From the NCBI GenBank assembly GCA_002633005.1, contig NMRA01000441.1:124001-188000 (forward strand): a DNA stretch of 64,000 nt, given 5' to 3'. Position numbers and translations under genes: made by a program. The notes below the pieces were generated by a model that made no database searches, had not been told where the DNA came from, and saw only the letters and a list, made by a program, of their open reading frames with translations. Below are positions 23,691-37,882 of this stretch, piece after piece; positions within the stretch are counted from its first letter, which is position 1; each line of letters starts with the position of its first letter. This DNA comes from Phoronis australis (Eukaryota > Animalia > Phoronida).

Positions 23691-26600
23691 GTGGAACTAA
23701 TTTTATAGCGGCAACTTATCAAAACTAATAGTTAACTTCCTCGTCAGAACGCGAGTCCCTAGTCGCTGCAAAGTAATGTAAACTAAATTGGTCTGAACCT
23801 TGATTTGACGGTTTCGCATCAATCCGATTGGTTCACTTGTTTGTTCTGCAGTTAGAGATAAACCAAGACATAAACCTATTGTTCAGCTAGACTTGGACTT
23901 CGTTTTTGAGGTCACCCGATATAAGTTTAACCGCCATTATATTCCTTGCATATCGTTTCATAGTTCAGTTTAATCTTTTCTCAGCAGTGCGTACACGAAA
24001 ACTTTAATCATTGTTTTGATTTATGTTTCGTTTTATCCTGTACGTCTTAGCAATTACAGTATCCAGCTCATCACCAATCATTGGAATAAACAAAGTGACA
24101 ATCGATCATATTTCGGGGAAGATATTATGTTTTGCAAACATATAAAGGTCGTTTGTAGCGCAGAACAATAGACAATCGCCAATGACGTGTATCGGAAGGC
24201 CGTGAACATTTTAGTCCTAGGAAACACCCCTTTTGTACCGGAACTAGCGTGATGGATGGAACACCGATGCTTTGATGAAGGGGTTTATAATTTACTACAA
24301 TGTTGAAACAAAAGTACACGTCAGAATTTGGACGTTATTGGTTTTGCTGTCGTAAAACTCATTTTGGAGTTAGTGTTAAATGGGGTAGCTTCGAACAAAG
24401 CTATAAAACAACAAAATCCGCTGTTTTTGTGAATTGATAACAAATTACCAATCCTTGCCGTCGTCTTCAAGACATTCTCTCTTCAAATCACGACAGGTGT
24501 TTTAACCAATTAGCACGCTTTATATTCTCGCCTGTTCAACGCTGAGGATTTAGTTAAGCGAAAGAGCGTTCGGTGACAATGTCTTCGGTAACGTTCTGGT
24601 GACGCAGTGGCAAAGTCGGTGTTCAAGAAACGAATATCAATGACTTAATCATAATTTCAAGAAAAGATTAATACGGCGTTGATAACGCGATTTTTTTTTA
24701 ACTCCAAAATAATGCTGTATTACTTCATAATCTGTCTAAATTATGTGATAACGTCTATTGTCTCAGCAGTTGATCCACGATTGTACTCGCCATTTAACGA
24801 TTAAATTCACTTCTGCCAAAAAAAAAAACTTTCGGTTTACTTTAGTAAAACCACTCTCCGAAATGAAATTGGATTCACCTCGTTCAAATTAGGAATGCAT
24901 TCTGGACTTGGAAATAACTGACATTTTGTTCTGGTTGCCGCATGGATCAGTCCCAGATAAGGACTTTACTACGTCCCTTATTTTTAGCGCATTTGTGGAT
25001 TTGTACACACATTGATTGTCCTTTCATCCGTTATTTTCATTTACATTATAAGTCAAATTTCAACTATGCATTTCAACTACATTTGGTGAGTAATTTAAAG
25101 CAAAAAAAACGGCAGAACATTTGGGGTACGCAGTGGTTTGCCTATTTAGGACAGTTTCGTGAAACCAGACATTGTGGTCTATTACATAAAAAATTACAGT
25201 ATCTCAGAAAGTTCGTCTCACGCTCCAAGCAATTCCGAAAAATAATTAAATCTTACTTTGGCGTCAAAGTAGCCAACAAAGTATTTGAGAATATGTGCAA
25301 TACATACACAAAATTTTGGCCTCGGTCGATACGCGTACTGTAATGTCTCGTGGGATACTACTTCATGTACCCCAATAGAGGTACGCTTTGTATTTATCCC
25401 TTACGCTTCGAATTCCTAAGTTTCTTTCATTTTTTTCCTCAAATTTCTAAAATACTTCACTCAGACTGTTCACGTGGCGGATCACATCCTATATGTATGC
25501 TCTTGGGAATTAGGCTGCAAGTTTTCTTTAGAAAAAAACAAGTTCAAATGTGACGATTTATTACGTGAAAAGAGATAACAAAGATCAAAACAAAGATAAC
25601 TTTTCATTGAACTTGTAACATGAACAAATGAAAACTGAGACAGAACTGTCATATAATTAACAGTCCTGTTCCAGATGTTACGATTGAGACATGATTGTAT
25701 GTTGAGCGTTATTTACACTGCTATAATTGTCTTACTTTAAACTGTTTTCCGAAAATTTGGTGATCGAAACGGCTAACGACGTCGAGTCGATATTGACCTA
25801 CCTTTTGAACTTTCCATGTCAGAGGTCGCTGTTGAAGTAGTGCGGGAGGTGAATACGGAAAACTTTATTACATGGCCGTATCTCCCTCGACAGATTCAAA
25901 ACGTATGGGATACCTAGTTAAATGTATAAATTATGCTAAACTGCCATGTCCTAACAGATATATTTCAAAACATATATCCCACACGAGTGGGATGGGGAAC
26001 GTAATCAGACGCTTTGTAACTTGAGCTTTACGTGTAAGTCATCTTCCATGTACAGCATTCAATGCGCCCCAGGCGCAAAAAGTTGAATGGGTATTTTACG
26101 CGCCGTGCATGGTCTCAAACAATAAGGAACTGTCACTTTTTTCCAAGCTCAGAAATCACTTCTCACCTGAGAAGGAACAAGCTAAGACCACTTCATAAAG
26201 GCAAGGGGTCTGAATCCGAAAGTTCACATGGTGGACCTGTAGCCTTTACAGTGAGCTATAGTGAAAATAAAGCTACCGAACGACTGCTTTTACATGTATG
26301 CTAGGGTCCTAGATGTATATGAGGAAAAACAGTTGAAGTTGCTACCTTATAGGAATGAAGACTGCTTGATTAAATATCTCGGGATTACAATGTAATTTCA
26401 GAAAAAGTGAGAATGGTCCTCTTAGCATTTCGTTAGAAACGTTCACAGCTAGATTAGTATTGCGTGCGGTTAGGCACACAATAGGTCGGGTGATGAAGCT
26501 CACGTCGGAACGTGAAAATACGACTACAACGTTTCTACGCTAGTTTATTCAGCTCTCGACTTGACGTGAGCTGTCAGATGAGCTTTGGTTCACTTGAGGC

Positions 26601-27538
26601 AGACTCTTAAGTTTGTAGATCTCCATCAGTGTGCGTTCGGAAGGTATTGAATTTTACCATGACCAGTTTTACGGGAAGATTTTAGGCTAATTTTTTTCCA
26701 ATAAAGTACTAAGTTGACACAACAAATATCACACAGTTACAAGTCCAAACCAATGGGTCCGTTGAAGTGATGATCAAAATAGCGGTTCTTGAACTTCCAT
26801 ATAGACGTTATTTCAATATTTCTTCTATGGCGTGATCGAGCTGGTTTCCAAAATCATCCATTTACCCGAAAGCATGCTGATTTAGACAACATGAAGGTGT
26901 TTCTAAACTTGCTCCAAACTTTTGGAAGTTGACTAGGTTATGGGATTTCATTTTGTTTAAATATTGAACTACCAGAGTTGCAGTTAATGCCCGTTCACAG
27001 GATGAAGCTGTGTTTTGTGTCATTCAGCTATTCACCTCGTACATCAGCAAAATGAATCAAAGTAATAAAATGCATAAGGCAATATACATAATCCCGGAAC
27101 TGTGTGAAAGATACGTGTGATTGTCTGTTCCGAAAGCGGTTAATATGTGACTATTTAATTATGTCACTTACCGAAACTCATAAGAGATTTATTTAGCCTG
27201 TCTCTTTATATTCATAGCCTCCGCAACCTACCTCATTGCGCATCTACTTTAAACAGTCTCTGTTGACACCTTCTGGACACCAGTCTGCGCTAGGACCAGA
27301 TTCCCTTCAACTGGGCGGGGTAGTGGGGCGATATGTCAGTTAACTTGTGATGATACCGGTTAAAATAGCGATAAGGTAGATTATTTCCTGGAAAAGCCAA
27401 GCATAAAAATTCAAACGGGTCTCGGGGTGCTGAGTTGATCCGGTACACAAAAGATGTGTCATAAGACACCGCACGGGACACTACTGGTGGATTTCAGAAC
27501 AAGATTGGTGCACCTATCCATTCAGATCATCACACCAG

Positions 27539-27930
27539 GGAGCGGTCTCCAATCTTTTTACTCGAAATGGAACTCGAAATTAGGTTTGGCATTTTCTACT
27601 CTACTTTAATTTTGGGGGAAATCAAGATAAGTGTCTATTATTCTATGCTCGAGTACACAATAACTTACGTAGATAATTTATTTCAAAGTTTGTAACCCAA
27701 TACTAAAGCAATAAGTTCGAGTTTGAACTCGAAATTTCGAGTTTTTAGTCGAGTTTTTAGCACGAATATAAGGGTCTTCAAGGGCAAACTTGAACTACAA
27801 ACTCCTATGCATAAACTATTATTCGAGCACAGTCTGATAGCCAATTATCTTACGTTCGCACAAAAGGAGCAGAGAAATTGCCAAAAATAGTTTCGAGTTC
27901 GTTTCGAGTACAAAGATTAGAGACCGGGCC
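27539..27930. mobile_element. Harbinger/PIF-like MITE, copy 2
   Basis: Same TIRs as 1530-1930, with a CAG target-site duplication at 27536-27538 and 27931-27933. Confidence 0.78.
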
Positions 27931-28619
27931 CAGATCAGAAAGCCATAAACTAGTGTTAGGCTATGCTCATTTTCCACGAAGGGTAATTGGAAATGAATAC
28001 TGGTAGTCACAGTTGTAGGTCAGCCAATCCTTTACTAGCTCAATTACAGAACTTGTTAAATATGACTTTTTGCCTTCGTGAGCGAATCTTGGCTTTTCTC
28101 TTTGTTAGGGCGGAACTTTTAATTTGGATTGTCTTCTACCAGGCCTCGCAGATATGCCAGATGTCAATTGACTCCAACATAACCAATTTATCATTTATGT
28201 AGCCGAATGCGAATTTCGAAACAGAGTTGGCATGACATTTTTATCGAAGTAATAGACCCTGAAGTTAAATTCTTACTAGGTGACTATTGTGCAACTTGGC
28301 CTTAGAATGATCTGTGACACTAAAACAGTGCAAAACTGTTTTAACAATACTGTTTTCACGATTCAAATATGTTTTTATTCGCGGTAAGATTCAATATGTT
28401 ATTTGGATGTTTGAATTCAAAAATGTGTAGGTCTTAGTAACACACCCTATACGTGTATTATCCAATTGCTGTCTTTGAATATGTTGGTTTTAAGAGTGTA
28501 AGACCAAAATATGTGATAATGACCGAGGCGAAGGAACTGCGATGCCTTGGCTGAGGTTTGCATTCATATTAAACAGGAACAGAAACACCCGTAATTTGTA
28601 GTTTTATTATATTGATGTG

Positions 28620-29260
28620 ACGAGACCAGCGCCACCTCTGGTCACTAGATCAATCGTGTTTTGGAGGTAGAGGAACATTGGCCCATGTCCTATCTAGGTG
28701 TTAGACGGCGCTACAGCAAGGCTGGTGCAGATGATGTCACGATCAAGTTTTAAAAACTCTTGAATACATCATAGATGGAGTGCGGAAGGCAAGAGCATTA
28801 TAGCCCAAGATAAGCAGTCACATTCACTTCATGAAGGAAGGTGACCGAGTAAAGAAGGCATAACAGCAACCCTGCATCCTAGATGGAGTAAGCTGGGAAA
28901 TGAGAGCCGAGTGCTTCTCAGGGTAGTGCAAGCAACTCTACGATCTGACGTGGTCTTTGGTTAGAAGCCAAAGAGTGCATATGATCACCGAACTCACAGT
29001 TCCTTAGGAGGACGATTGTGAGGATGTCAACGAAAAGAAGATATCATAGTAGGCCTACAGTGAGCTAGCTGAGAAATATAAAGAAAAGGGCTAGCAAATT
29101 TGGTTGTTTACTGGTGAAGTGTGATGCAGAGGGTTCCTCGCACGGTCCGCTTGGTGGTTGCTGAAGAAGCTTGATGTAAGAGGGAAGGCGAAGAGACCAG
29201 CAGTAAGATGGTTGGGTGAAACACCCGGAGAGAACTTCATGCTGATTGTGGCAATGTTGT
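28620..29260 (+). mobile_element. Degraded 3' end of an RLE-type non-LTR retrotransposon (Hero/NeSL-like)
   Basis: GTLAHVLSRC*TALQQG....HDQVLK, LRSDVV, ELTVP*ED and CRGFLARS resemble the zinc-knuckle and restriction-like endonuclease motifs (HILS.C, RHD.VL, RPD, ELTVPWE, VGCRGF). Confidence 0.65.
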
Positions 29261-30110
29261 AGTGAGGGACGCTAGAGGTCGCAGTGACGCACAGTGGACT
29301 GGCCACCACTATTATACCGGCGTGACCACTGTTCTAAAGTTATCGCAGTGCCCTCTGTCAGGTTTTGAACATGTAAAATCTAGCTGCACGAGACTGGTTC
29401 AAGGAAGGTTTTTTACAGAAACCAAAAGTACTTTTGTTTTGAAACTCTTCGCTTGAACCAATTGTTCTTCCTGTCAATAATTTTCGTATTTTCAGTGAAA
29501 GATTCACGTCCTGTCACACTGACATGTTCAACTGCCGATTGGCAACTATTAATGTTATGTCTCGGGTATTCGGATAAGCGTTTATAAACGCGTTATTCAG
29601 TTTCACCACCGAGCGTCTTCACACTCACGTTGGTACACAGTACCACTCTGGTGTCAAACAGGGGGTCTGTATATGAGGTTCATTAATTGACTTTTTTAAT
29701 TGGCGGCAGGTTTGTGGGCTGTGTGAACCGAAAATTTACTGAAGATCGTAGATCAACGGTTGCCTAGTTCTGATCTCCTTCTGCGGTTACTTCGTGCGCG
29801 TAGCAGTAATTCTCCAGTCCAAATACCCACACCTACATAGAGCAGTGGCCGCATGTTCGTACTCCCGTTCTTTATCAGATTCAGAAGACAGTCAAATAGA
29901 ATGGCTAGAATCAGCTGCTGCTGCGGCTGCTGTCTATGTTGCCACGTCTGTCGCTGTTGATGATATCTCCTTTATGTGAAGCTAATTTGCTTTTTTCATT
30001 TTGGACACCTGAGTAAATTTTGGACACAGCTATTCAAAACAACAGGGGGTAATAAACAAATTTCTTATGAGCCAAGACCGTAAAGCCTTTGTTAAGTTGC
30101 GTTTACTTAA

Positions 30111-30408
30111 AGCTGTAGGTCGCACTGTTTAGTTGACTAAAGAGCGAAAATCAAACAAGACATTTTACTCCAACAAAATCGATCTCGTAATATTCCTTGC
30201 AATGATAAGATTCTGTTTCTGTTACCATCAAGAACATTGAATCAAATTGCGAATTCGAAACTGGCGCATGCTCGCATTGTCAGCGACTTGAGTTGGTAAT
30301 GGAAATGGAATTCTATCACGGTAAGGAATATTGTGAGACTGACTTTGTGAGAGTAAACTGTCTAATTCGATTTTCCTTTTAACCAATTAAACAGGCTGAA
30401 ATGCAGTT
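30111..30408. mobile_element. TTAA-flanked palindromic MITE (Kolobok/piggyBac-type target site)
   Basis: TTAA|AGCTG ... GCAGTT|TTAA with long imperfect arms; shares acttgagttggtaa.ggaaatggaattctatcacg.taaggaa with 61100-61425. Confidence 0.55.
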
Positions 30409-31787
30409 TTAATCAGAGTTTTAACTAAAAGACAGTGTTCTTGGTAATCCCCAGCAGTAAGCGCACGTCAAAGGGCCGATTGTCCCTGATGACAGCCAGT
30501 GGATTCGCAAAATAGAAAGGTATTGCGATGAGCCCTTAGTCCATGAACGTTCTGGTTTTGATATTCTATTCTACTCAGATTCATTTGAGACTGATGTGTT
30601 TATGAAGCGCATCACGTGTCGTTAGAGACTAAATTATTGCTTTTCTTCTCATATCTGTTTTTGCTATCTATGTGCATTGGTGATCTTTTGGTATTTTTTT
30701 CTAAACAGCATGTCACTGCGCATGCAGAACTGTGATTCCACATTTTGTAGTTAGCCTTGCTTATGTAGATTTTCTTAATTTATTGACTCTCTGTAGGGCG
30801 ACCATTCGTATTCTTAGCGTTCAAAATGACAGTAGAGCTGTCGAAACATGTTGCATATTGCAATAAATGTAATTTCCTTTACTCATTTGTTATTCAGGCC
30901 TTCGTTTCTGGGAGTGATCGTCAAAGCGTTTAAAGTCAACGTGTCAGTGCTCATACCCAGCGTCGGCTTAAGTACCTGAAGTCATGATTTCGTACAAGGG
31001 ACAAATTGGTTTACTTTGATTTTTAAAAGTTTATTTTATGGTATTATTTTGAATTTTGTGTCAGTAATAAATTACCAAAATTCCTTAATGTAGATGTTAT
31101 AGTGATTCTGAATGGATACCTCAGCTCCAGCATATGGTTTTATACAAGCCTAGAAATTCATAGAGTAAGTCCGCCACTTACGTTACTCACCCTTACGTAA
31201 GTTTACAGCAATTAATCTGACCAAAATATTTTTTCGAAAACAATACTGATTGCAAGTTTTATATATGTGTTGATGTACGTTACCTATCCATCTTATCCTT
31301 AGTCAAGCAATACCAATCGCTACGACACAACGGTAAGCTAATACCTGGCAGTTTTGTCAGCATTTAGGTAAAGAAACATGTTCCTCCCATTCCGCTCTTG
31401 GTACCTGAATTAGACACGGTTGGGTATCTGACTGACAACCTTTTGCAAGTAGCTGTGCTTAATTCCTCTAGATATTGTATCTTAATTTCATTCTTAGTAT
31501 TTGTATTTGTACTCCACCATAGTAAATGACCTTATTTCACCAACCTCTGTCTTCTTTTCAACCCCGGTAACTACTTGTATCTTGTGACGTTTGTGTTTTA
31601 CTCGAGACATATGTCGATCATAAATGGTATTTCACTCGTTAAATATATTTCTGTGAGCATATGGACCCTATCTCACCCCCTTCACCAATTCGCACGGGTA
31701 CACTAATTCGTTTGTGCAGGGCTAAACGACGCATATTCCTCCCAACTTTATCACGTGCCACTGGTTTCTCACAGTTCAGGAAGTAAG

Positions 31788-31849
31788 CAGCCTCGTCCCC
31801 AAGCCTCAAGATCCGATCAGCGCCATCTTAAGGTTTGGGGACGAGGCTG
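31788..31849. mobile_element. 62-bp micro-MITE with a 9-bp target-site duplication
   Basis: TIR CAGCCTCGTCCCCAAGCCT / AGGTTTGGGGACGAGGCTG; flanks ggaagtaag and ggaagtacg. Confidence 0.6.
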
Positions 31850-32939
31850 GGAAGTACGGTCATGCAGGCATTGTCTGTTTTGGTATTTACACAATACCGA
31901 GAGCAATTTCTGTTTAAAACAAGCGCTATTGAACAAAACGTTGGCTTTTGTGGATTCTAGCAGCCTCACAGTCCTTCCATGAATTCGGAATGACACGCCT
32001 AACCCTATGAGAGGACGCTACAGAAACCAAAATCAGTAGAAGTCATTTATGTTCAGTACCAATTGCTCTAATATAACCTATATCAACCTAGGAGTATCCA
32101 ATCCGACAAGTCCAACATCTGCATTTTATAAGGGCACCCGTTCCGACAAATACACCTCTATAAGTGTACCCGCTCTGACGGATCCAAATAGATGTACACG
32201 TCATCGTGAGTGTGCTCATCTCACTGGATGCACCTACTATATTTGCTTAGTTGTCCGCATTGCGATGTACGTCTCCTACTCCCAAATATTTTTGTGGGAT
32301 ATCACAATCAGGTGTGCCCATTTTCACGCATCAAAATCGAAGTATTTAATAGATGAGAAAAATGCAAATCAAATGAGATGTTCTCTTTTATATCTTTTTT
32401 TATTTTCTCGACATTTTGTCTTTATCTGCATTTTCCAGCCCCTCTCAGACAGGGTCCTCTTTTGGAGGGCGGCCGTGGGCATTTGTAGTTTGCATTCTAT
32501 AAAGATGACACCGTCAACTATTCAGAAACTAAAATAATGGAAAAATTTCAAATTGGTTAAGAAACCCACAGACTAGGTTGACTTATACGCTCGTCGTGTG
32601 AGAGAAATATAGCAAATGAGACATTTTTCCACCACTTTGCGAAGAAGTCTTCATAGATCATTTTGCCACAGATTCGAGATATGAATTGAGCTCATTTGCA
32701 TTTGTGGCGCGTAGCTTTCTGCCAACGCTGTCCCTTATTTACAGACAAATTGCCAGTCATATCATGAGAACGTGGCGGTGCTTGTGGATCTTCACACCGA
32801 TAACAGCTGCGATAGTGGTGGATGAATCGTCGGACTTCAATGTCGAACGGGAAAATGACCAAATGGTGTTTCGATCAAATAATTTAAGCCAATTGTCGAG
32901 TCATCAGTCATACCTTGGCCGGCAAGAGGTTCAACAAAA

Positions 32940-33012
32940 ATGCTGCCTACCTCTTGGATTTGTTTCGTAATTTCGTTCTTTGCCGCTACGAGGCCAGTCG
33001 TGCTGGCTGCAG
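32940..33012 (+). CDS. SIAE: SIAE exon 1 (signal peptide MLPTSWICFVISFFAATRPVVLAA)
   Basis: ATG in aaaATG context, hydrophobic signal-like peptide, strong donor G|gtaagt; phase 1 matches exon 2. Confidence 0.75.
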
Positions 33013-34269
33013 GTAAGTGACATTTATTCAAAACACCGACTTAGAACGAAATCCGCGACATGTACTTCAAAAAAGTGGTGTCGAGTCTTAAACATTCGCA
33101 TCCTCAAACATGATCTTTACTGCAATCAGATAGTGTGACACTCTGTCGCCGCAGAAGCATAAAGATATCAAGGATTTTTTTAACATTGAAGATATTAAAA
33201 AGAATCGTATTACCCAGCAAATGATCTTAATAAATTTTGATAAGTTTGTTAACTGGAATCGGAGAACTATAAAGAATTAAACGATTACGTTAACGAGTTG
33301 ACGTAACGCCTCCTTTAGATCTGTGGGGCGCTATTTCATCGGCTCAGTGTTGCCAATCAGGATCCCTTGGCAATTTTTGTAGTAAAAAATGATTTCACAC
33401 GTGTATTCAAGCATATTCGGATTACGAAGCTATGGATGATTGGATTCAGGCTAAATGAGGAGACCAAGTAATTAACTCACATAAGGCTTAGAATACAAGA
33501 TCAAGATCATGGTGTGCGTATTGTTCGCATGTGTCCAAACCGTTCGTTTCGCCAAATCTATATTGCTTAAGCTGTTCGGATCCTGGACTCAGACAGTCAT
33601 CTAACGCCAACGCTATGTGCCTCCATTCGCTTGCAGCGCACGGTGTCAACCGGAAGCGGGTGCGGTAACGTTTCAACCCCTGCTAACTTTTGATTTCCTT
33701 AAACGATTAAGCAGAGACACGATTTCTCGAGGTCCTGGTCCTAAAAGTGGAAAACAGCAACTGTATCTCTTTATAAAATGTTATTTCAACAAATCTCCAC
33801 CTCCATGACCTGAGTACCTGTATCTTTTTACAAATCACCCGCATCGCTCAACGTTGGTTTCAAATAGTCAATCACCGCATCCGTTGTTTTTATAACCTGT
33901 ATTTACTGGAAAAATGCATGATGACTATGCAAAATCGGTTAAAGAAGTCAAAATGCCTGCTACAAGCCAGTACGTAACGTTCCATTAACTTAATTCCTGC
34001 TATGAATCAGACATGTCTAGTTTAAAACTGACAAAGGCAAGATTTTCCCGCCTGGAAACAATCTGATTGAGACTGCATGCAGCGTAAAGACGATCAATAC
34101 GTGATGCCGACAAGTACTTGCTGAAATTCCATACAACAATTTCAAAGTATCCTCCAGGAAAATGTGCTTAATTTTATGGTACTCTTTATTAAACTACTAA
34201 GTCAAGGTTTTGTACCATCTTACTTATGTTCTAAGTTTAAGATGACTACTAACTCTACAATACTAGGTC

Positions 34270-34780
34270 CTCATCATCATCTGATTTCAATCTTCCTAAA
34301 CGCAGAAGCGAAACTGGGAAAAAATCGTTTTCCTACAGAGGGCCCTTTTTATGGAACTCTCTCCCTGTTGATGCCAAATCTACATCATCCTTTCTAACCT
34401 TTAAAAGAATTATAAGAAATAGGTTTAACTTCATGTAGTGTCTAAGAATTGCATGTTTATTCATTTGTATTTTTTTATAAAATGTGTTACTTTTATTAAT
34501 TATTTATTGTCTGTTTTTAATTGTTTATATTTATATTCATATTTTAGTTAATTATCTTGTCTTAATTTATTTATCTTCTATTTATCACATTTCATTTTTT
34601 ATTTTGCTTTATCAGTCTTTCCGTCTTAATTTATTATTCTTTGCTTATTACTTAAATTTGTCTTTCATTTTGTAATTCCGTTTTTGTCTTACTATCTGTT
34701 TGTTTTTTACTGAGGGGCCCCCATGGAAAGCAGTGTGAACTGATGGGGTTAACCTCATTGTAAATATTACATTAATAAAT
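34270..34780 (+). mobile_element. 3' end of an L2/CR1-clade LINE
   Basis: YRGPFLWNSLPVDAKSTSSFLTFKRII matches the CR1/L2 ORF2 C-terminus; followed by a T-rich 3' UTR and an aataaa-containing tail. Confidence 0.55.
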
Positions 34781-35094
34781 AGTGACATTCAACGCTCACT
34801 GCAAGAATTTCGGTAAGCCAATGTGATCACGAGCTACGCTTGTAATAGCTAGCCTACATCGCTTGATTTCGTGAGTGATTTTGAGCTTTCGAGAGAGACT
34901 CGCGTCTACGCACGCCTTGTTAGTGTTCTTTAAACCAACTCAAAAATGCGAGATAATGCAAAATCACACGTCGAGTGATAGGCAAGTGTTTTGCGAGTGT
35001 GGCCGAGACTCACTTAGGACGCAGACCGCAGTATGCTTGTAAAACTACTTCTATGACCACCTGGTGGGCAATTTGGTGTGATGTTTTTGAAATC

Positions 35095-37760
35095 ACCATT
35101 GTCTTTTCAAATAATGATGGCAATTTTACTTTTGTTTCGACAAGAGGTTGTAGCACTATTGATTATATTCTTGCCGAGACATCGTTGTCCGCGTACATTC
35201 AAGATTTTAAAGTATTGGAATGTGATTTATCTTTAAATTGTCCTTTAATTTGTACCCTCAGTACCCCTGAAAAGTTAGGTCAGAAAGATACTAGTGAACC
35301 CTATATACATTGCAAATACGAGTAAGATATAGATGGCATAATGAGAAAGCAGGTGTATTTTTAGAAAAATTTCAAAGCCAGGAAGCAAACGATAAGTGTC
35401 GAGAAATTATGAGCTGTGTTGATATTGACATAAATGAGAGTGTTAAAGGCTTAGTAGACTTGCTCCAGTCATGTGGAGCGGGCACTGTGCTCATGAGGCA
35501 AGACAGGTGTGTAAGTAAACCACGTAGACCTGCATGGTTTGAGAGTGAATGTAAAGAGATGAAACTGTGTCTACTGAGAACATTTAGGGTGTCTCGGAGT
35601 GATTTAGACCTGAGAAATTATCTTGCTAGTAGAAATGAATACAAAAAGTTATGTAAGAAGAGGAAAATGGAACAAAGTGAGATATGTGAGTCAGTCGGGA
35701 ATCCTAATAGATTTTAGAATATTATAAAACAAAGCTTGTGAGAGCCAGTACACACTACAAAGCCTGATAATAATAATGTTACTGAATCTGAGTAGTTTAG
35801 ATATTTCAGTAACATGTTTGATATTAACAGAACAGAAGGTCGCAGTGAAACTTTTGATGACGTAGTTAGACAGACTCTTGAGGAGCATGACGCACAGTGT
35901 GAGCGTTGTAGGCACCCACAGAGTGAGCGTGATGTAACCAGTGCCTTTGACATGAACTTCTACACAAACTTTTTAATAGAATTTTCAATAGCGGGCATTA
36001 CCCATCCCAATGGTCAAAAAGTATTATTGTGCCGTGTTATAAAAAGGGAGACAAATTTAATCCAAATAATTACACAGGGATCTCCGTTATAGATAGTATT
36101 AATAAAATTTTTACAACTATTCTTTATTCTCGTATAGTTGAATGGTCAAATAACACGAAATGTATCCCGGAAGAACAAGCAGGCTTTCGGACTGGGTACT
36201 CTACAATCGATAACATTTTTAACCTACAGTGTATCATCCAGAAACATGTCACTAAACGGAAGGGGAAAGTATATTGTGCATTCGTTGATTTTAGTAAGGC
36301 ATTTGATAGTGTTGATATTTTCCGTTTATTTTATGCCCCTTTAACCAAAGGTTTGCATGGAAAAATGTTTAACATTTTGCACAGTATGTATGACTCTGTA
36401 CAATCATGTGTTATGGTAGGTCAGTCTCAAACCACTCCCTATTTCAACTGAACAGTCGGTGTCCGGCAAGTATGTGTTTTAAGTCCCTGGCTGTTCTCGG
36501 TGCTTGGTAGCACACTAGTGTCTGATATTAGAGAAATTGTAGGCAGAGGTATACGTGTCTCTCCGGGTTGTGATATAGGTTCTCTGCTTTTTGCTGATGA
36601 TTTAGTGCTGGTGTCGAATACTGTTGCTGGGCTACAGATGAATCTCAATGTCCTCGAAAAGTTTTGTCGAGATTGGAACTTGCAAGTTAACTTGGAGAAA
36701 ACGAATGTTGTGGTATTTAAGCGAGAGGTCCTACTTTCAAATAAGGTGGGTTTTTGGCGACAAGAAAGTAGATACCAAATCGTACTACAAGTACATAGGA
36801 GTCACATTCTCCTGCAGACTAAAATGGACAGAGTGTTGTAGAGTACTTGCAAGCCAAGCTCGAAAAGCAATGAGCATTATTAAAGCCACTCTGTCAAAAT
36901 TTAACTGTATTTCCCATGGAGTGCATTTTAAACTCTTTGACTCTATGATAATGCCCATATTAACATATGGTGCAGAAATATGGGGAACATCAAAGTGTGA
37001 ATCTATTGAAAAAGTTCATAATGATTTCTGTAAATATGTTCTGAGATTGAGTATTAAAACGCCAAATGCTATGGCTCGCGGTGAATGTGGGAGACAATTG
37101 TTAGTAACAAAACATATGTGTAAGCCAATTATCTATTGGACAAAATTACTTAATATGGATGGACATAGGTACCCACTGAAGTTTTATAGTATGCTTAGGG
37201 AACAAAGTGAAAATGGTAATTGTAACTGGGCTCACCGTGTCAAGAAATTTTGTATAAGTACGGCTATGGAGAAGTGTGGTTATTTGGCCCAGGCAATAGT
37301 GCTGAATTTATTATGATATTCAAACATAGATTACTGGATTGTGGTGGGCATGAATGGCAACTGGAGATAGGTAGCTCAAATAAATATGAATTTTATAGTC
37401 TTATTAAACGTGATCTTGTTAGCGAGCAATATGTGAGTTGTTTAAGCGCTTATTCGAGAAGAATACTTGCGCAATTTCGATGTTCAGGTCACTCACTTAA
37501 TATAGAGAAAGGGAGACATACATGTATGGGTATTCCTAGAGGTGAGAGAATACGCGGCATATGCTGTCTGGGTGAAATTGAAGATGAGTCTCATTTCATG
37601 TGTCGATGCCCTGTTCTTGGAGACCTTCGAAGAAATCTTCTACCAGAATTTTTCTCTAGAGTTGACAACGGTTATCTACTCTAGAGAAAATACGGAGGAG
37701 TAGTTGTGACGTATTTCACAGTGTGCTAACACTTATTTTACGGCCGTATCATCATCTGTG
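35095..37760 (+). mobile_element. 5'-truncated, frameshifted LINE ORF2 (APE tail + RT + C-terminal Cys/His; RTEX/CR1-group-like) in SIAE intron 1
   Basis: STIDYIL (APE end), KKGDKFNPNNYTGIS, EEQAGFR, AFVDFSKAFDSV, LLFADDLVL, YKYIGV, PILTYGAEIWG, ARGECGR, FRCSGHSLNIEKGRH...EDESHF, spread across several frames. Confidence 0.9.
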
Positions 37761-37882
37761 TATGATAAGTATATGTCATATAACGTGCTTGATGGTAACT
37801 GTGGATTACTATATCTCGATACGTGATATGCAAGCCGATTTAAACGAGGGCGAAGTTTCTTGTGACAAAAGTGTGATTCAAT

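Noticed and set aside
34484-34675. Hydrophobic 63-aa ORF resembling a membrane peptide
   Set aside because: It is a translation of the T-rich 3' UTR of an L2/CR1 remnant.
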